Assembly (NCBI GenBank): GCA_046542505.1
Contig: JBKHBH010000012.1
Coordinates: 1-35,344, forward strand
Direction: 5' to 3'
Source of the DNA: Thermovirgaceae bacterium
GTDB lineage: Bacteria > Synergistota > Synergistia > Synergistales > Thermovirgaceae
DNA length: 35,344 nt
Shown: positions 1 through 8,449 of the stretch, in pieces
Numbering within the stretch: the stretch's first letter is position 1
How the letters are laid out: every line of letters starts with the position of its first letter
Translations under genes and position numbers: made by a program
The notes under the pieces: generated by a model
Databases searched by the model: none
What the model was told of the DNA's origin: nothing
What the model saw: only the letters and a program-made list of their open reading frames with translations

Positions 1-2
1 CG

Positions 3-443
3 GCCCTGCGCGTCGGGCTGCTGCACCCACCCGGAAAGAAAGGGCGACGAAAGCAGCTTCCCTACCGTCGTTTCGATCTCGACGGCGCCATGGTCCTGGT
101 GGGAAGGAATGAACGCGGCAACCGTCACGTGACTTTTGATCTGGCCAAAGGAAACGACCTTTGGCTTCATGCGAGGGATGTTCCGGGTTCACACGTGATG
201 CTCAGAAAACTTGACGGAAAGGAATCATCCTTCTCCCCCGATGATCGCAGACTGCTCTTTGCTGCATCCCTGGCGGCCTATTACAGCAAAAACAGGGGAG
301 CCGGGAAGGTCACGGTAGATTATACGGAAAGAAAACACGTGACTCCGCAAAAGGGAGCCGTCGCCGACGTCACCTACCATCACGGCCGATCCGTCAATGT
401 TTCTCCCCTCTACTGGAAAGAACAATCCGAAGGTACTCCCTGA
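3..443 (+). CDS. NFACT (Rqc2/RqcH, FbpA-like) family protein, C-terminal NFACT-R domain; 5'-partial
   Basis: Frame is open from the window start (ALRVGLLHPPGKK...) into ORF 90..443. Motifs VGRN..GN, DLWLHARDVPGSHV, AASLAAYYSK and VDYTERKHV are typical of NFACT-R. Confidence 0.88.
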   Translation, partial: ALRVGLLHPPGKKGRRKQLPYRRFDLDGAMVLVGRNERGNRHVTFDLAKGNDLWLHARDVPGSHVMLRKLDGKESSFSPDDRRLLFAASLAAYYSKNRGAGKVTVDYTERKHVTPQKGAVADVTYHHGRSVNVSPLYWKEQSEGTP

Positions 444-1383
444 GTTCCTCGGGAAGAACGGAACGGAAAGAGACCGTTTCACCTGTTTGAGGATGCGGAA
501 AGGACAGTTTCCAGGCATGCAGAAAAAGCCTTCCCGACGGGAGCGCTTTTTCCCGACGCGGTGCATAAAGCTGGTCACCGACGACAGGACACCCGAGCGA
601 CTTCATGTGTACGCGTATCTGGTGTGTTCTTCCCGTGTGGATCTTGCAACTCGCCAAGGACATTCCTGCGTGTGTCCATAACACCTTGTAATCCGTTACA
701 GCCCGTTTCCCGGAAGGGGAAACGGCCATGCGGAAGCGGTTCCGCCTGTCACGCCCTATGGGCAAGTCTACCCGTCCTTTAGACCTTTTCGGCCTTGACC
801 ACAAAAGTACCAGGTATTCCTTGTCGACGGCACGTTCCTTGAAGGCCCGGGCCAGTTTTTCGTGGGCCTTGGCGTTTTTCGCTACGACGAGAAGGCCTGA
901 GGTCATGGCGTCAAGACGATGCACGATGCCCGGCCGCATGAGGCCGCAACCGGCACTGATATCAGGAAATCTGTAAAGAAGTCCATGGACCAGTGTTTTA
1001 CTCCAGTGCCCCGGAGAGGGATGCACCACAAGTCCCGCCGGCTTGTCGATCACGATAAAGGATACATCCTCGTGGATCACGTCAAATTTCACCGGTTCCG
1101 GCTCCACAGCAGGAAGTTCTGCTGCGGGAAGACTCACGAAAATTTCCTTGCCTTCCGTGACCCGTGTCGATGATTTGGGTGCTGATTTGCCCGAATAAAT
1201 CACTCTTCCTTCCTTCAGCAAACCCTGTACAAAGGAACGTGGCCTATCGAGCTTTTCCGCCAGGAAGACATCGAGACGTTTCCCGTCGTCCCCGGAGCCA
1301 ACGACGAGCCGGGTGTTCTCCTCCTCATCAGAACCGTCGCCTTCGACGGAAAAATTTTCGTCGAAGGCGACATCTCCTGACAT
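394..1383 (-). CDS. rluD: RluA-family 23S rRNA pseudouridine synthase (RluD-like, S4 domain)
   Basis: RLDVFLA S4 start, DKPAGLVVHP, HRLDAMTSG (catalytic Asp), TGRTHQIRVH, GDQLY. Start placed at ATG 1383 (AAGGAAG upstream) rather than 1491, which overlaps the next gene. Confidence 0.92.
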   Translation of the reverse strand: MSGDVAFDENFSVEGDGSDEEENTRLVVGSGDDGKRLDVFLAEKLDRPRSFVQGLLKEGRVIYSGKSAPKSSTRVTEGKEIFVSLPAAELPAVEPEPVKFDVIHEDVSFIVIDKPAGLVVHPSPGHWSKTLVHGLLYRFPDISAGCGLMRPGIVHRLDAMTSGLLVVAKNAKAHEKLARAFKERAVDKEYLVLLWSRPKRSKGRVDLPIGRDRRNRFRMAVSPSGKRAVTDYKVLWTHAGMSLASCKIHTGRTHQIRVHMKSLGCPVVGDQLYAPRREKALPSGRLFLHAWKLSFPHPQTGETVSFRSVLPEELREYLRIVLSSRGEKH

Positions 1384-1427
1384 GAAGCTTCCTTTTTTTT
1401 CAGACAGCCTTGCCCTTTTATCCTCTT

Positions 1428-1796
1428 TCATTTCCGTTTCATCAGGGACTTTTCGAATTTCGTCCTGCACCCGAGACAATAACGCGCCCAAGGCTTCGCT
1501 TTCAAGCGTCCTTCCTCAATGATCATCCCGCACTTTTCGCATCTGCCCGCCTTCTCTGGATGGTTTTCAATCTTCTGTAAGGCATGTCCAATCTCGGCAA
1601 GTATATGGCGCAGCGACAGTATTTCCCCCGCTGTATACTCCCGTTGTGACAGATAGGACGCATACTCTGCAAGATGATCCGAATGGTCCGGTCCCTGTGG
1701 ATCAACACCCTCTTCTTCCAGCGACGTTATCAGATTTTTGATGCGCTTTTGCTCTTTTTTCAACCTGGCCTCAAGTTCTTCTATACCGTCAGCCAT
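1428..1796 (-). CDS. DksA/TraR C4-type zinc finger protein
   Basis: Coiled-coil N-terminus, then ALQKIE..GRCEKCG..I...RL...PWARYCLGC; G-rich RBS upstream. Confidence 0.88.
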   Translation of the reverse strand: MADGIEELEARLKKEQKRIKNLITSLEEEGVDPQGPDHSDHLAEYASYLSQREYTAGEILSLRHILAEIGHALQKIENHPEKAGRCEKCGMIIEEGRLKAKPWARYCLGCRTKFEKSLMKRK

Positions 1797-1833
1797 GCCA
1801 CTCTCCCCCTCTGCATTGGGGTTTTCGGATATT

Positions 1834-4644
1834 CTATATCTTTTCCGGATGATCGGCCTCCACCACTTTTCGGCATCTCGCGCAAAGGCCGTCTCCGTCG
1901 ACGTGGACGGAATACTTCCAACACCTCGGACACTTTGATCCCGGAGCTTTCCCGATTTCCAGAACTATTCCCGTCTCTTCATCATCGAATCGGACAAAAT
2001 CTCCCGTTGAGGGCTCTGAAAGGAATTCAAAGCCGGACGTTATGGCGATGGTTTCCCATTCTTTCTCCGGCAGTGACTGTAATGCATCCTTGTAATCTCC
2101 TTCTTCCGTCACTCTGACGCGGGCTTCAAGGGGATGGCCGATAAGCCCCTTGTTTCGAGCAGTCTCGAGCCCACGGCTCAAGGCCCCCCTGACTTCCAGA
2201 ATCCTTGACCAGAATTCTTCAAGCTTTACATCGGCAAGTTTCTGGTCAAAACAGGGCCAGTCGGTGAGAAACACGCTTTCAGGCAACTTCTCATCACGTT
2301 TTCTGATTTCCTGCCAGACTTCCTCCGCTGTAAAACTCAAAACTGGAGCAAGCATTTTTACCAGAGCATTCAGGACCTCCCACATCGCCGTCTGGCAGCT
2401 CCTTCTTTCAAGGCTGTCAGTGGGCTCGGCGTAAAGCCGGTCCTTGCTGATATCCAGGTAAAAAGCACTCAGGTCGTTGACGCAGAAATGATGCATGTTG
2501 TAACTCGGAAGATGGAAGGCATATTCGTCATAACCTTTCGTCACCCTCTCTATCAGCCGCTGTAGCCGCGAAACAACCCACCTGTCGAGAGCAGGCATCC
2601 TGCCGTGGGGCACCGCATCCCGACCTGGGTTGAAATCATTGAGATTCCCTAAAAGGAAACGAAGGGTGTTCCTGATCCTTCGGTATGATTCCACCAGGTT
2701 TTTCAGGATGTTTTCGGAAATCCTGATATCGTTGCGATAATCCGTGGAAGCCACCCAGAGTCGCAGGATGTCCGCTCCGTACCGGTTGATGATTTCCTGA
2801 GGAGCGATCACGTTCCCCAGGGATTTTGACATTTTCCGACCTTCCCCGTCCACGATGAAGCCGTGGGTCAAGACGGAGTCATAAGGAGCCCTGTCCCGGG
2901 TCGCCACGGAGGTCAACAGGGATGTCTGGAACCATCCCCGGTGCTGGTCGCTTCCCTCAAGATAAAGATCGGCGGGCCACTTGAGATCCTTGCGGTTCTC
3001 TAGTACCGCGACATGGCTGCAGCCCGAGTCGAACCACACGTCCATGATATCCGTCTCCTTGCGCAGATTGTGGCTCCCGCATTCGGGACAGACGTTGAGG
3101 TCATCAAGAAGCTCCTCCGGTGGGAAATTCCACCAGCAGTTGGACCCGTTTTTCGCCACCTTCTTCTGGACGCGCCTGATCCTCTCGGCGTCTACGATGA
3201 CATTACCGCAATCGTTGCAGTAAAAGGCCGGAATGGGAACTCCCCACACACGCTGTCTGCTGATACACCAGTCAGAACGGTCTCTTACCATGTTGGCGAT
3301 GCGGTCTTTTCCCCAGTCAGGAACCCAGGTGACCTTCTCGATCTGTTCAAGGGCCTCTTTTCTGAAGGAATCCACCGAGACGAACCATTGTTCCGTGGCC
3401 CTGAAAATGACAGGTTTCTTGCATCTCCAACAGTGGGGATAGGAGTGGCGCAGTTTCAGCCTTCCGAGAAGCCGCTCTCTTTCTTCCAGAATTTCGTATA
3501 TGCGCTCGTTTGCCTTTTCCAGGGGCAACCCGCCCACCATGGGCGTGTCTTTCAAGAAAACCCCCTTGTCGTCGACGGGATTCAACACCTCAATGCCATA
3601 TTTGATACCTGTTTCATAGTCTTCCACACCGTGTCCCGGTGCCGTATGGACGCAACCGGTTCCCTGTTCAAGACCTACGTACTCACCGAGAACAATGGTC
3701 ACTATCCTCTCGTCGTAGAAAGGATGTCTCGCCTTGAGGTATTCCAGTTCCCTGCCCTTGACTTTCAAAAGCGGCTCCTTGAAAGAGCGGCCCGTTTCCT
3801 TTTTGACCTGTTCAAGAAGCCCTTGGGCAATCAGGTATATTTCTCCGTTATCGGAGGATTCGACGAATACATAATCCAGGCCTGGGTTCAAGGCGATGGC
3901 CATGCTCGCCGGCAGGGTCCAGGGAGTGGTCGTCCAGACGGCCACATTCACCTTTTTGTCCGCAAGAACCGGGAAACGTCCCTGCTCATCAATAAAGGGA
4001 TAAGCCACATAAATCGACGGCGACGTCTCGTCTTCATACTCAATTTCCGCCGCCGCAAGCGCCGTCTGGCAGTCGACACACCAGAAAACAGGTTTCTTGC
4101 CCTTATAGACAAGCCCTCGCTCCACCATGTCGGCGAAAGCGCCGATCTGGGCCGCCTCATACTGGGCCCTGAAAGTCAGATAAGGATCCTCCCAGTCTCC
4201 AAGAACGCCCAGTCTCTTGAATTCGTCCCTTTGCACATCTATGTAGGTCTTTGCGTACTCCATGCAGTAGTCCCGGAGTCTTGCGGGATCGACGGATTCC
4301 TTGTCCTCGCCGCGCTCCTTGAGAACCCTCAGCTCTATCGGCAACCCGTGGGTATCCCAGCCCGGGACATATGGAGCACGGTATCCCCGCATCCATTTGT
4401 ACTTGGGAATGAAGTCCTTGAGGATCTTGTTGAAGGCCGTGCCGATATGTATGTTGCCATTTGCATAAGGCGGCCCGTCGTGAAGAACAAAGGTTTCGGC
4501 ATCTTTCCTGGATTCCATGAGCGATTCATAGAGCTTCACCGAGTTCCAGAAATCCAGCCACTCCGGCTCACGCTTGGAAAGGTTCGCCCTCATGGGAAAG
4601 GACGTTCTCGGAAGATTCAGGGTTTCTTTATAATCTACGGGCAT
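1834..4644 (-). CDS. ileS: Isoleucine--tRNA ligase (type 1)
   Basis: DYKETLNLP, LHDGPPYANG, HIGT (HIGH equivalent), DWCISRQR, EGSDQHRGWF, KMSKS, C-terminal CPRCW..LCARC zinc finger. Confidence 0.98.
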   Translation of the reverse strand: MPVDYKETLNLPRTSFPMRANLSKREPEWLDFWNSVKLYESLMESRKDAETFVLHDGPPYANGNIHIGTAFNKILKDFIPKYKWMRGYRAPYVPGWDTHGLPIELRVLKERGEDKESVDPARLRDYCMEYAKTYIDVQRDEFKRLGVLGDWEDPYLTFRAQYEAAQIGAFADMVERGLVYKGKKPVFWCVDCQTALAAAEIEYEDETSPSIYVAYPFIDEQGRFPVLADKKVNVAVWTTTPWTLPASMAIALNPGLDYVFVESSDNGEIYLIAQGLLEQVKKETGRSFKEPLLKVKGRELEYLKARHPFYDERIVTIVLGEYVGLEQGTGCVHTAPGHGVEDYETGIKYGIEVLNPVDDKGVFLKDTPMVGGLPLEKANERIYEILEERERLLGRLKLRHSYPHCWRCKKPVIFRATEQWFVSVDSFRKEALEQIEKVTWVPDWGKDRIANMVRDRSDWCISRQRVWGVPIPAFYCNDCGNVIVDAERIRRVQKKVAKNGSNCWWNFPPEELLDDLNVCPECGSHNLRKETDIMDVWFDSGCSHVAVLENRKDLKWPADLYLEGSDQHRGWFQTSLLTSVATRDRAPYDSVLTHGFIVDGEGRKMSKSLGNVIAPQEIINRYGADILRLWVASTDYRNDIRISENILKNLVESYRRIRNTLRFLLGNLNDFNPGRDAVPHGRMPALDRWVVSRLQRLIERVTKGYDEYAFHLPSYNMHHFCVNDLSAFYLDISKDRLYAEPTDSLERRSCQTAMWEVLNALVKMLAPVLSFTAEEVWQEIRKRDEKLPESVFLTDWPCFDQKLADVKLEEFWSRILEVRGALSRGLETARNKGLIGHPLEARVRVTEEGDYKDALQSLPEKEWETIAITSGFEFLSEPSTGDFVRFDDEETGIVLEIGKAPGSKCPRCWKYSVHVDGDGLCARCRKVVEADHPEKI

Positions 4645-4756
4645 TATGGAAATATCCTCCCTTCATGGTGAAGCGGAGCCGCCTCCCTGAGGCAGCTCCG
4701 CCTGAAAAAGCAGAACCCTCTCGGATGCCCTCCCTTGCGGGAGGGAATCAGCCTCC

Positions 4757-6754
4757 TCAGGAAACTACCGCTTTTCCCTTTTTCGCCTTTGTCATCTGCA
4801 GAAAATGCATCGAGCCAAGAACCGCAAGTCCTATGACGTCTGATATCAGGCCGGGAACCAACAGGGTCAGGGCTCCTCCAATGGCAAGGACCCTTTGCCA
4901 TCCGGCCATCCTGACCTTGTAAAAGCCGATCGACCCCATGCCGAGCAAAAACACACCCAACAGGGCAGTAGCAATAGAGAGGGTAAATGGAACGGCTTTG
5001 AAATTCACGAGAACGAGCATCGGGTTGAAGACATAGATATAGGGTATCAAAAAGCCCGCCAATGCAAGCTTCACGGCGGTGGCCCCCGTGCGCATCGGAT
5101 CAGCACCTGCTATTCCCGCGCCCGCATAAGCCGCAAGTGCGACAGGTGGACTCAAATCCGCGGCGATACCGAAGTAAAGGACGAACATGTAGGCCGCCAT
5201 GGGCGCTACATCCAGCTGCAGCAATGCAGGTGCCGCCATGGTGCTGGTGACGATGAAATTCGCCGTTGTTGGAAGCCCCGCGCCCAGGAGAATGCATGCC
5301 ACCATGGTGAGAAGCAGGGAAACGAGAAGGATGCCTCCCGAGAGAGCGATTATCGCACTGGCGATCCTGAGCCCGAGTCCCGTCAAAGTCGCCGTGCCGA
5401 CTATAATACCTACCGTGGCGCAGGCGCACGCGACACCAAGGGCTCCCGTTGCTCCGGCATACAGGGCGTCCTTGAACTTCGGAATCGTCATCATGGTCTG
5501 CTTGTTGAGGAACGAAACGCCTACAGTGATCAGAATACCGTAGTAGGCAGCCTTCAACGGAGTATACCCTGAAAGCAGGAAATAGATGATCCCCGCGAGG
5601 GGTACGAGGAGGTGCCCTCTCGTCTTCAAAAGAGGCCAGATTTTGGGCAGCTTCTCTCGGGGAAGGCCCTTGAGTCCGAGTCTCGTGGCTTCAAGATGGA
5701 CCTGGACAATGACGGCGAAATAATAAAGAAATGCCGGGACAATCGCTGCCGCTGCGACATGGAGATAGGGAACCCCGAGAAATTCCGCCATAATGAAGGC
5801 AGCCGCCCCCATGACGGGAGGCATGATCTGTCCTCCCGTCGAGGCAACAGCCTCGACGGCTCCCGAGAAATAGGGCTTGTACCCCACGCTTTTCATGAGT
5901 GGGATGGTAAACATCCCCGTTGTACAGACGTTCGCGACGGAAGACCCCGAAATGGACCCCATCAGCCCTGAACTGAGAACAGCCACCTTCGCCGGACCAC
6001 CTGTGGACCAGCCGGCAAGGGCCATGGACAGGTCAATAATGAAACGCCCCATCCCCGTTTGCTCAAGAAACGACCCGAACAGAATGAACATGAAAACAAA
6101 AGTGGCCGAAACACCCAGAGGTATCCCGAAAATCCCTTCCGTCCCCATGTACATGTGGTTGATGATCCTTGTGATGCTGAAACCCCTGTGTGCGAACATG
6201 GCCGGGAAATGTCTTCCGGCATAGCAATAGAAGAGGAAGAAAATCGCTATGCCTGGCAAAATCGGGTTCGAGACCCTTCTCGTCGCCTCCAGAAGCAGCA
6301 CGATTCCGACAAAGCCCGCCGTCAGATCCATCGTCGTCGGCAGACCGGACCGCGTAATCAGTTGATCGAAAAAAATCACGTGGTACAAAACGGCATAGGA
6401 TGCCAAACCGGCCAGGACGAAATCATACCAGGGCACGCCGCCTGACAGGGCTTTTTTCCTGGGAGGATAAAGCATGTAGACAAGGACCAGAACAAGAGCG
6501 AGGTGAACAGAACGCTGCTTTATGGCAAGCAGAAGGCCGAATCCCGATGTATAAAGATGGAAAAGGGAAAGGCCTATAGCGAGGACCGCGACGAATAAAG
6601 CCTGCCAGCCTTCCAGGAAACGGGTGTTCGCTTCGGTATCGAATTTTCTCCGAAGCTCGTCGAGGTCGATTTGCTCGGGCGGAGGCACTCCCAAGTCGGT
6701 CAAATCAGCCGATGCCTGGTCTTTTTCTTCGTGCTTCCTGTTTTCTTCCGTCAC
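4757..6754 (-). CDS. TRAP transporter fused 4TM/12TM permease (TAXI-type)
   Basis: EGIFGIPLGVSA, GGPAKVAV, GSISGSSVANV, VEAVASTGGQIMPPVMGAAAF, PPVALAAYA; polytopic hydrophobic protein. Confidence 0.95.
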   Translation of the reverse strand: MTEENRKHEEKDQASADLTDLGVPPPEQIDLDELRRKFDTEANTRFLEGWQALFVAVLAIGLSLFHLYTSGFGLLLAIKQRSVHLALVLVLVYMLYPPRKKALSGGVPWYDFVLAGLASYAVLYHVIFFDQLITRSGLPTTMDLTAGFVGIVLLLEATRRVSNPILPGIAIFFLFYCYAGRHFPAMFAHRGFSITRIINHMYMGTEGIFGIPLGVSATFVFMFILFGSFLEQTGMGRFIIDLSMALAGWSTGGPAKVAVLSSGLMGSISGSSVANVCTTGMFTIPLMKSVGYKPYFSGAVEAVASTGGQIMPPVMGAAAFIMAEFLGVPYLHVAAAAIVPAFLYYFAVIVQVHLEATRLGLKGLPREKLPKIWPLLKTRGHLLVPLAGIIYFLLSGYTPLKAAYYGILITVGVSFLNKQTMMTIPKFKDALYAGATGALGVACACATVGIIVGTATLTGLGLRIASAIIALSGGILLVSLLLTMVACILLGAGLPTTANFIVTSTMAAPALLQLDVAPMAAYMFVLYFGIAADLSPPVALAAYAGAGIAGADPMRTGATAVKLALAGFLIPYIYVFNPMLVLVNFKAVPFTLSIATALLGVFLLGMGSIGFYKVRMAGWQRVLAIGGALTLLVPGLISDVIGLAVLGSMHFLQMTKAKKGKAVVS

Positions 6755-6790
6755 CTTTATCCCTCCAGATCACATTATCAGCATCACAAA

Positions 6791-6814
6791 AACCGCTGCT
6801 GTAAACAGCGGGTT
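6791..6814 (-). terminator. Possible intrinsic terminator between DUF1850 and TRAP permease genes
   Basis: CCGCTG-N7-CAGCGG stem; minus strand continues TTTTT. Confidence 0.35.
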
Positions 6815-6857
6815 AAAAAACTTTCCCAAAAAGCTGGATTGATTGTATCACAGCCCG

Positions 6858-7385
6858 TTACCAGACCGGTATGCTTTTCCGGATCAGTCCTTCCACAAGA
6901 GGAAGATCGTACACCTGTACGAAAAGGACCCTTTCCGGAAGCACCCTGAATAGCTCATACGACACTTCTTTCCAAGGCTGCGCGAATTCTATCCTGTTTT
7001 GCCCGAAGCGCTCCGACCCGACCCGTAGAAGCAGCGTTTTCCATCGCCTTCGCCCGCCTCGGAAGACGAACCATTCAGGACCGGTGCTGAAGGATCCGTT
7101 CCTCGGAAATTCCGCCGGAAGGCCCGCGTTATGGGATTTGACCCGTTCCTGCCATTGCCATATCCATCCGCTGGATATCACGTATTCGTCTTCAACGGGT
7201 GTCTTCTGGACCGAATGGGTATATGTCGTCACCAGACGTTGTCCGAGGGGTACAGGAACACGAAGCCAGGTTCCCCTTTTTTCAGAAAGGGCAATCACTG
7301 AAACGGGAGAACAGAGGATAATAACACAGCTTGAAACTACGAAAAGCAATAAAAAATACATGCGAAGGCTGCGCAGCATTTTCAT
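6858..7385 (-). CDS. DUF1850 family protein
   Basis: N-terminal hydrophobic segment, YTHSVQKTPVEDEY, SHNAGLP; directly upstream of a fused TRAP permease as is usual for this family. Confidence 0.85.
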   Translation of the reverse strand: MKMLRSLRMYFLLLFVVSSCVIILCSPVSVIALSEKRGTWLRVPVPLGQRLVTTYTHSVQKTPVEDEYVISSGWIWQWQERVKSHNAGLPAEFPRNGSFSTGPEWFVFRGGRRRWKTLLLRVGSERFGQNRIEFAQPWKEVSYELFRVLPERVLFVQVYDLPLVEGLIRKSIPVW

Positions 7386-7430
7386 TCTCCATCTTTACCA
7401 AGGTTGGTCGTTCCGCCCGCTTCCGTTGTC

Positions 7431-8078
7431 CTAGTCGCTTTTTTCCTCGATTCCCGAAAGAAGTGGCACGAAACGACAGTAATCGTACCAGGTGTCTTTC
7501 AATCCCGTTTCGCCCTTTACTCTGAGAAGCAGTCGCTCTGTTCCAAACGAAACCTTTACCGGGGCCAGGATTTTCCCGCCGACAGATATTTGCTTTTCCC
7601 ACTCGGGGTGGACCTTGTCTGCTGCAGCTGTGACGAGAACCCGATCGTAGGGGGAGAACTCTTCCAGGCCTTCGCATCCGTCCGAAATCCTGACGACAAT
7701 GTCATATCCTGCGGCTGACAGGTTTTGTTGCGCCTGAAGGGCAAGGGCTGGAATTCGTTCGATGCTGTAAACATGCGCTCCGAGCTCTGCCAGAACGGCC
7801 GCCTGGTAACCCGATCCCGTACCGACCTCAAGAACGCTGCAGCCGCTACTTACATCCAGAAGTTCCGTCATTCTCGCAACCATGTAGGGTTGCGAGATTG
7901 TCTGCCCGTAGCCGATAGCCAAGGGGTAATCGTCATAGGCCAAGGCCTGGTCCCGAGGGCGGACAAAAAGGTGCCGCGGGACATCCATAAAGGCCCTGAG
8001 GAGCTCCTCCTGCCTCACACCCCTTGGAGCGATCTGTGTTTCGACCATGTGTTTCGCCCGTTTCCGCCAGTCTTGCAT
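7431..8078 (-). CDS. pcm: Protein-L-isoaspartate O-methyltransferase
   Basis: VPRHLFV, AYDDYPLAIGYGQTISQPYMVA, VLEVGTGSGYQAA, PYDRVLVTAAA, CRFVPL. Confidence 0.97.
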   Translation of the reverse strand: MQDWRKRAKHMVETQIAPRGVRQEELLRAFMDVPRHLFVRPRDQALAYDDYPLAIGYGQTISQPYMVARMTELLDVSSGCSVLEVGTGSGYQAAVLAELGAHVYSIERIPALALQAQQNLSAAGYDIVVRISDGCEGLEEFSPYDRVLVTAAADKVHPEWEKQISVGGKILAPVKVSFGTERLLLRVKGETGLKDTWYDYCRFVPLLSGIEEKSD

Positions 8079-8166
8079 CAGACATCACCACGAACCACAT
8101 TTTACCAGATCAACGGGATTCAACCGGACCATAGTGGGAAATACGACAATGACCTGCTCAGGCCAC

Positions 8167-8197
8167 AAAAAACCCGACAGGAGAAAACCTGCCGGGC
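8167..8197 (-). terminator. Rho-independent terminator downstream of tRNA-Arg
   Basis: Minus strand GCCCGGCAGG-TTTTCT-CCTGTCGGGT followed by TTTTT, 8 nt after the tRNA CCA end. Confidence 0.8.
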
Positions 8198-8205
8198 AAT
8201 ATTTC

Positions 8206-8281
8206 TGGCGGGCCTGGCCCGATTCGAACGGGCGACCTACGGCTTAGGAGGCCGTTGCTCTATCCCCTGAGCTACAGGCCC
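8206..8281 (-). tRNA. tRNA-Arg(CCT), 76 nt, encoded CCA
   Basis: GGGCCTGTAGCTCAGGGGATAGAGCAACGGCCTCCTAAGCCGTAGGTCGCCCGTTCGAATCGGGCCAGGCCCGCCA: 7-bp acceptor stem, anticodon loop CTCCTAA, GTTCGAATC T-loop. Confidence 0.97.
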
Positions 8282-8284
8282 GGA
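8249..8284. repeat. att direct repeat copy 1 (tRNA nt 1-33 plus 3 nt of leader)
   Basis: AGGCCGTTGCTCTATCCCCTGAGCTACAGGCCCGGA; 35/36 identical to 14923-14958. Confidence 0.93.
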
Positions 8285-8297
8285 CTGACAGGTCAAT

Positions 8298-8326
8298 ATG
8301 ATATCCGCCATGCCGCATTTTTGCAA
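8298..8326 (-). promoter_or_regulatory. Sigma70-type promoter for tRNA-Arg, located inside the island
   Basis: Minus strand TTGCAA-N17-TATCAT ending 16 nt before the mature tRNA 5' end. Confidence 0.7.
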
Positions 8327-8449
8327 GGGTTCACAAGCTTTTTCGGAGCCTCCTTCGTTACTGCCCATTTTGGCAGGTAAGGCCCTCAAAATGACCGTGG
8401 CCGATGCTCTAAAATGCCCCTTTTCTCCGCCTTTGCAGGGTTGACATTT

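Noticed and set aside
3013..4671. 552-aa plus-strand ORF
   Set aside because: Antisense shadow of ileS with no recognisable motifs; expected from codon bias. The same applies to other long antisense ORFs such as 15882..16829 and 28287..29228.
4645..4756. T-box riboswitch upstream of ileS
   Set aside because: No T-box consensus or stem I motifs, and the region is only about 110 nt.
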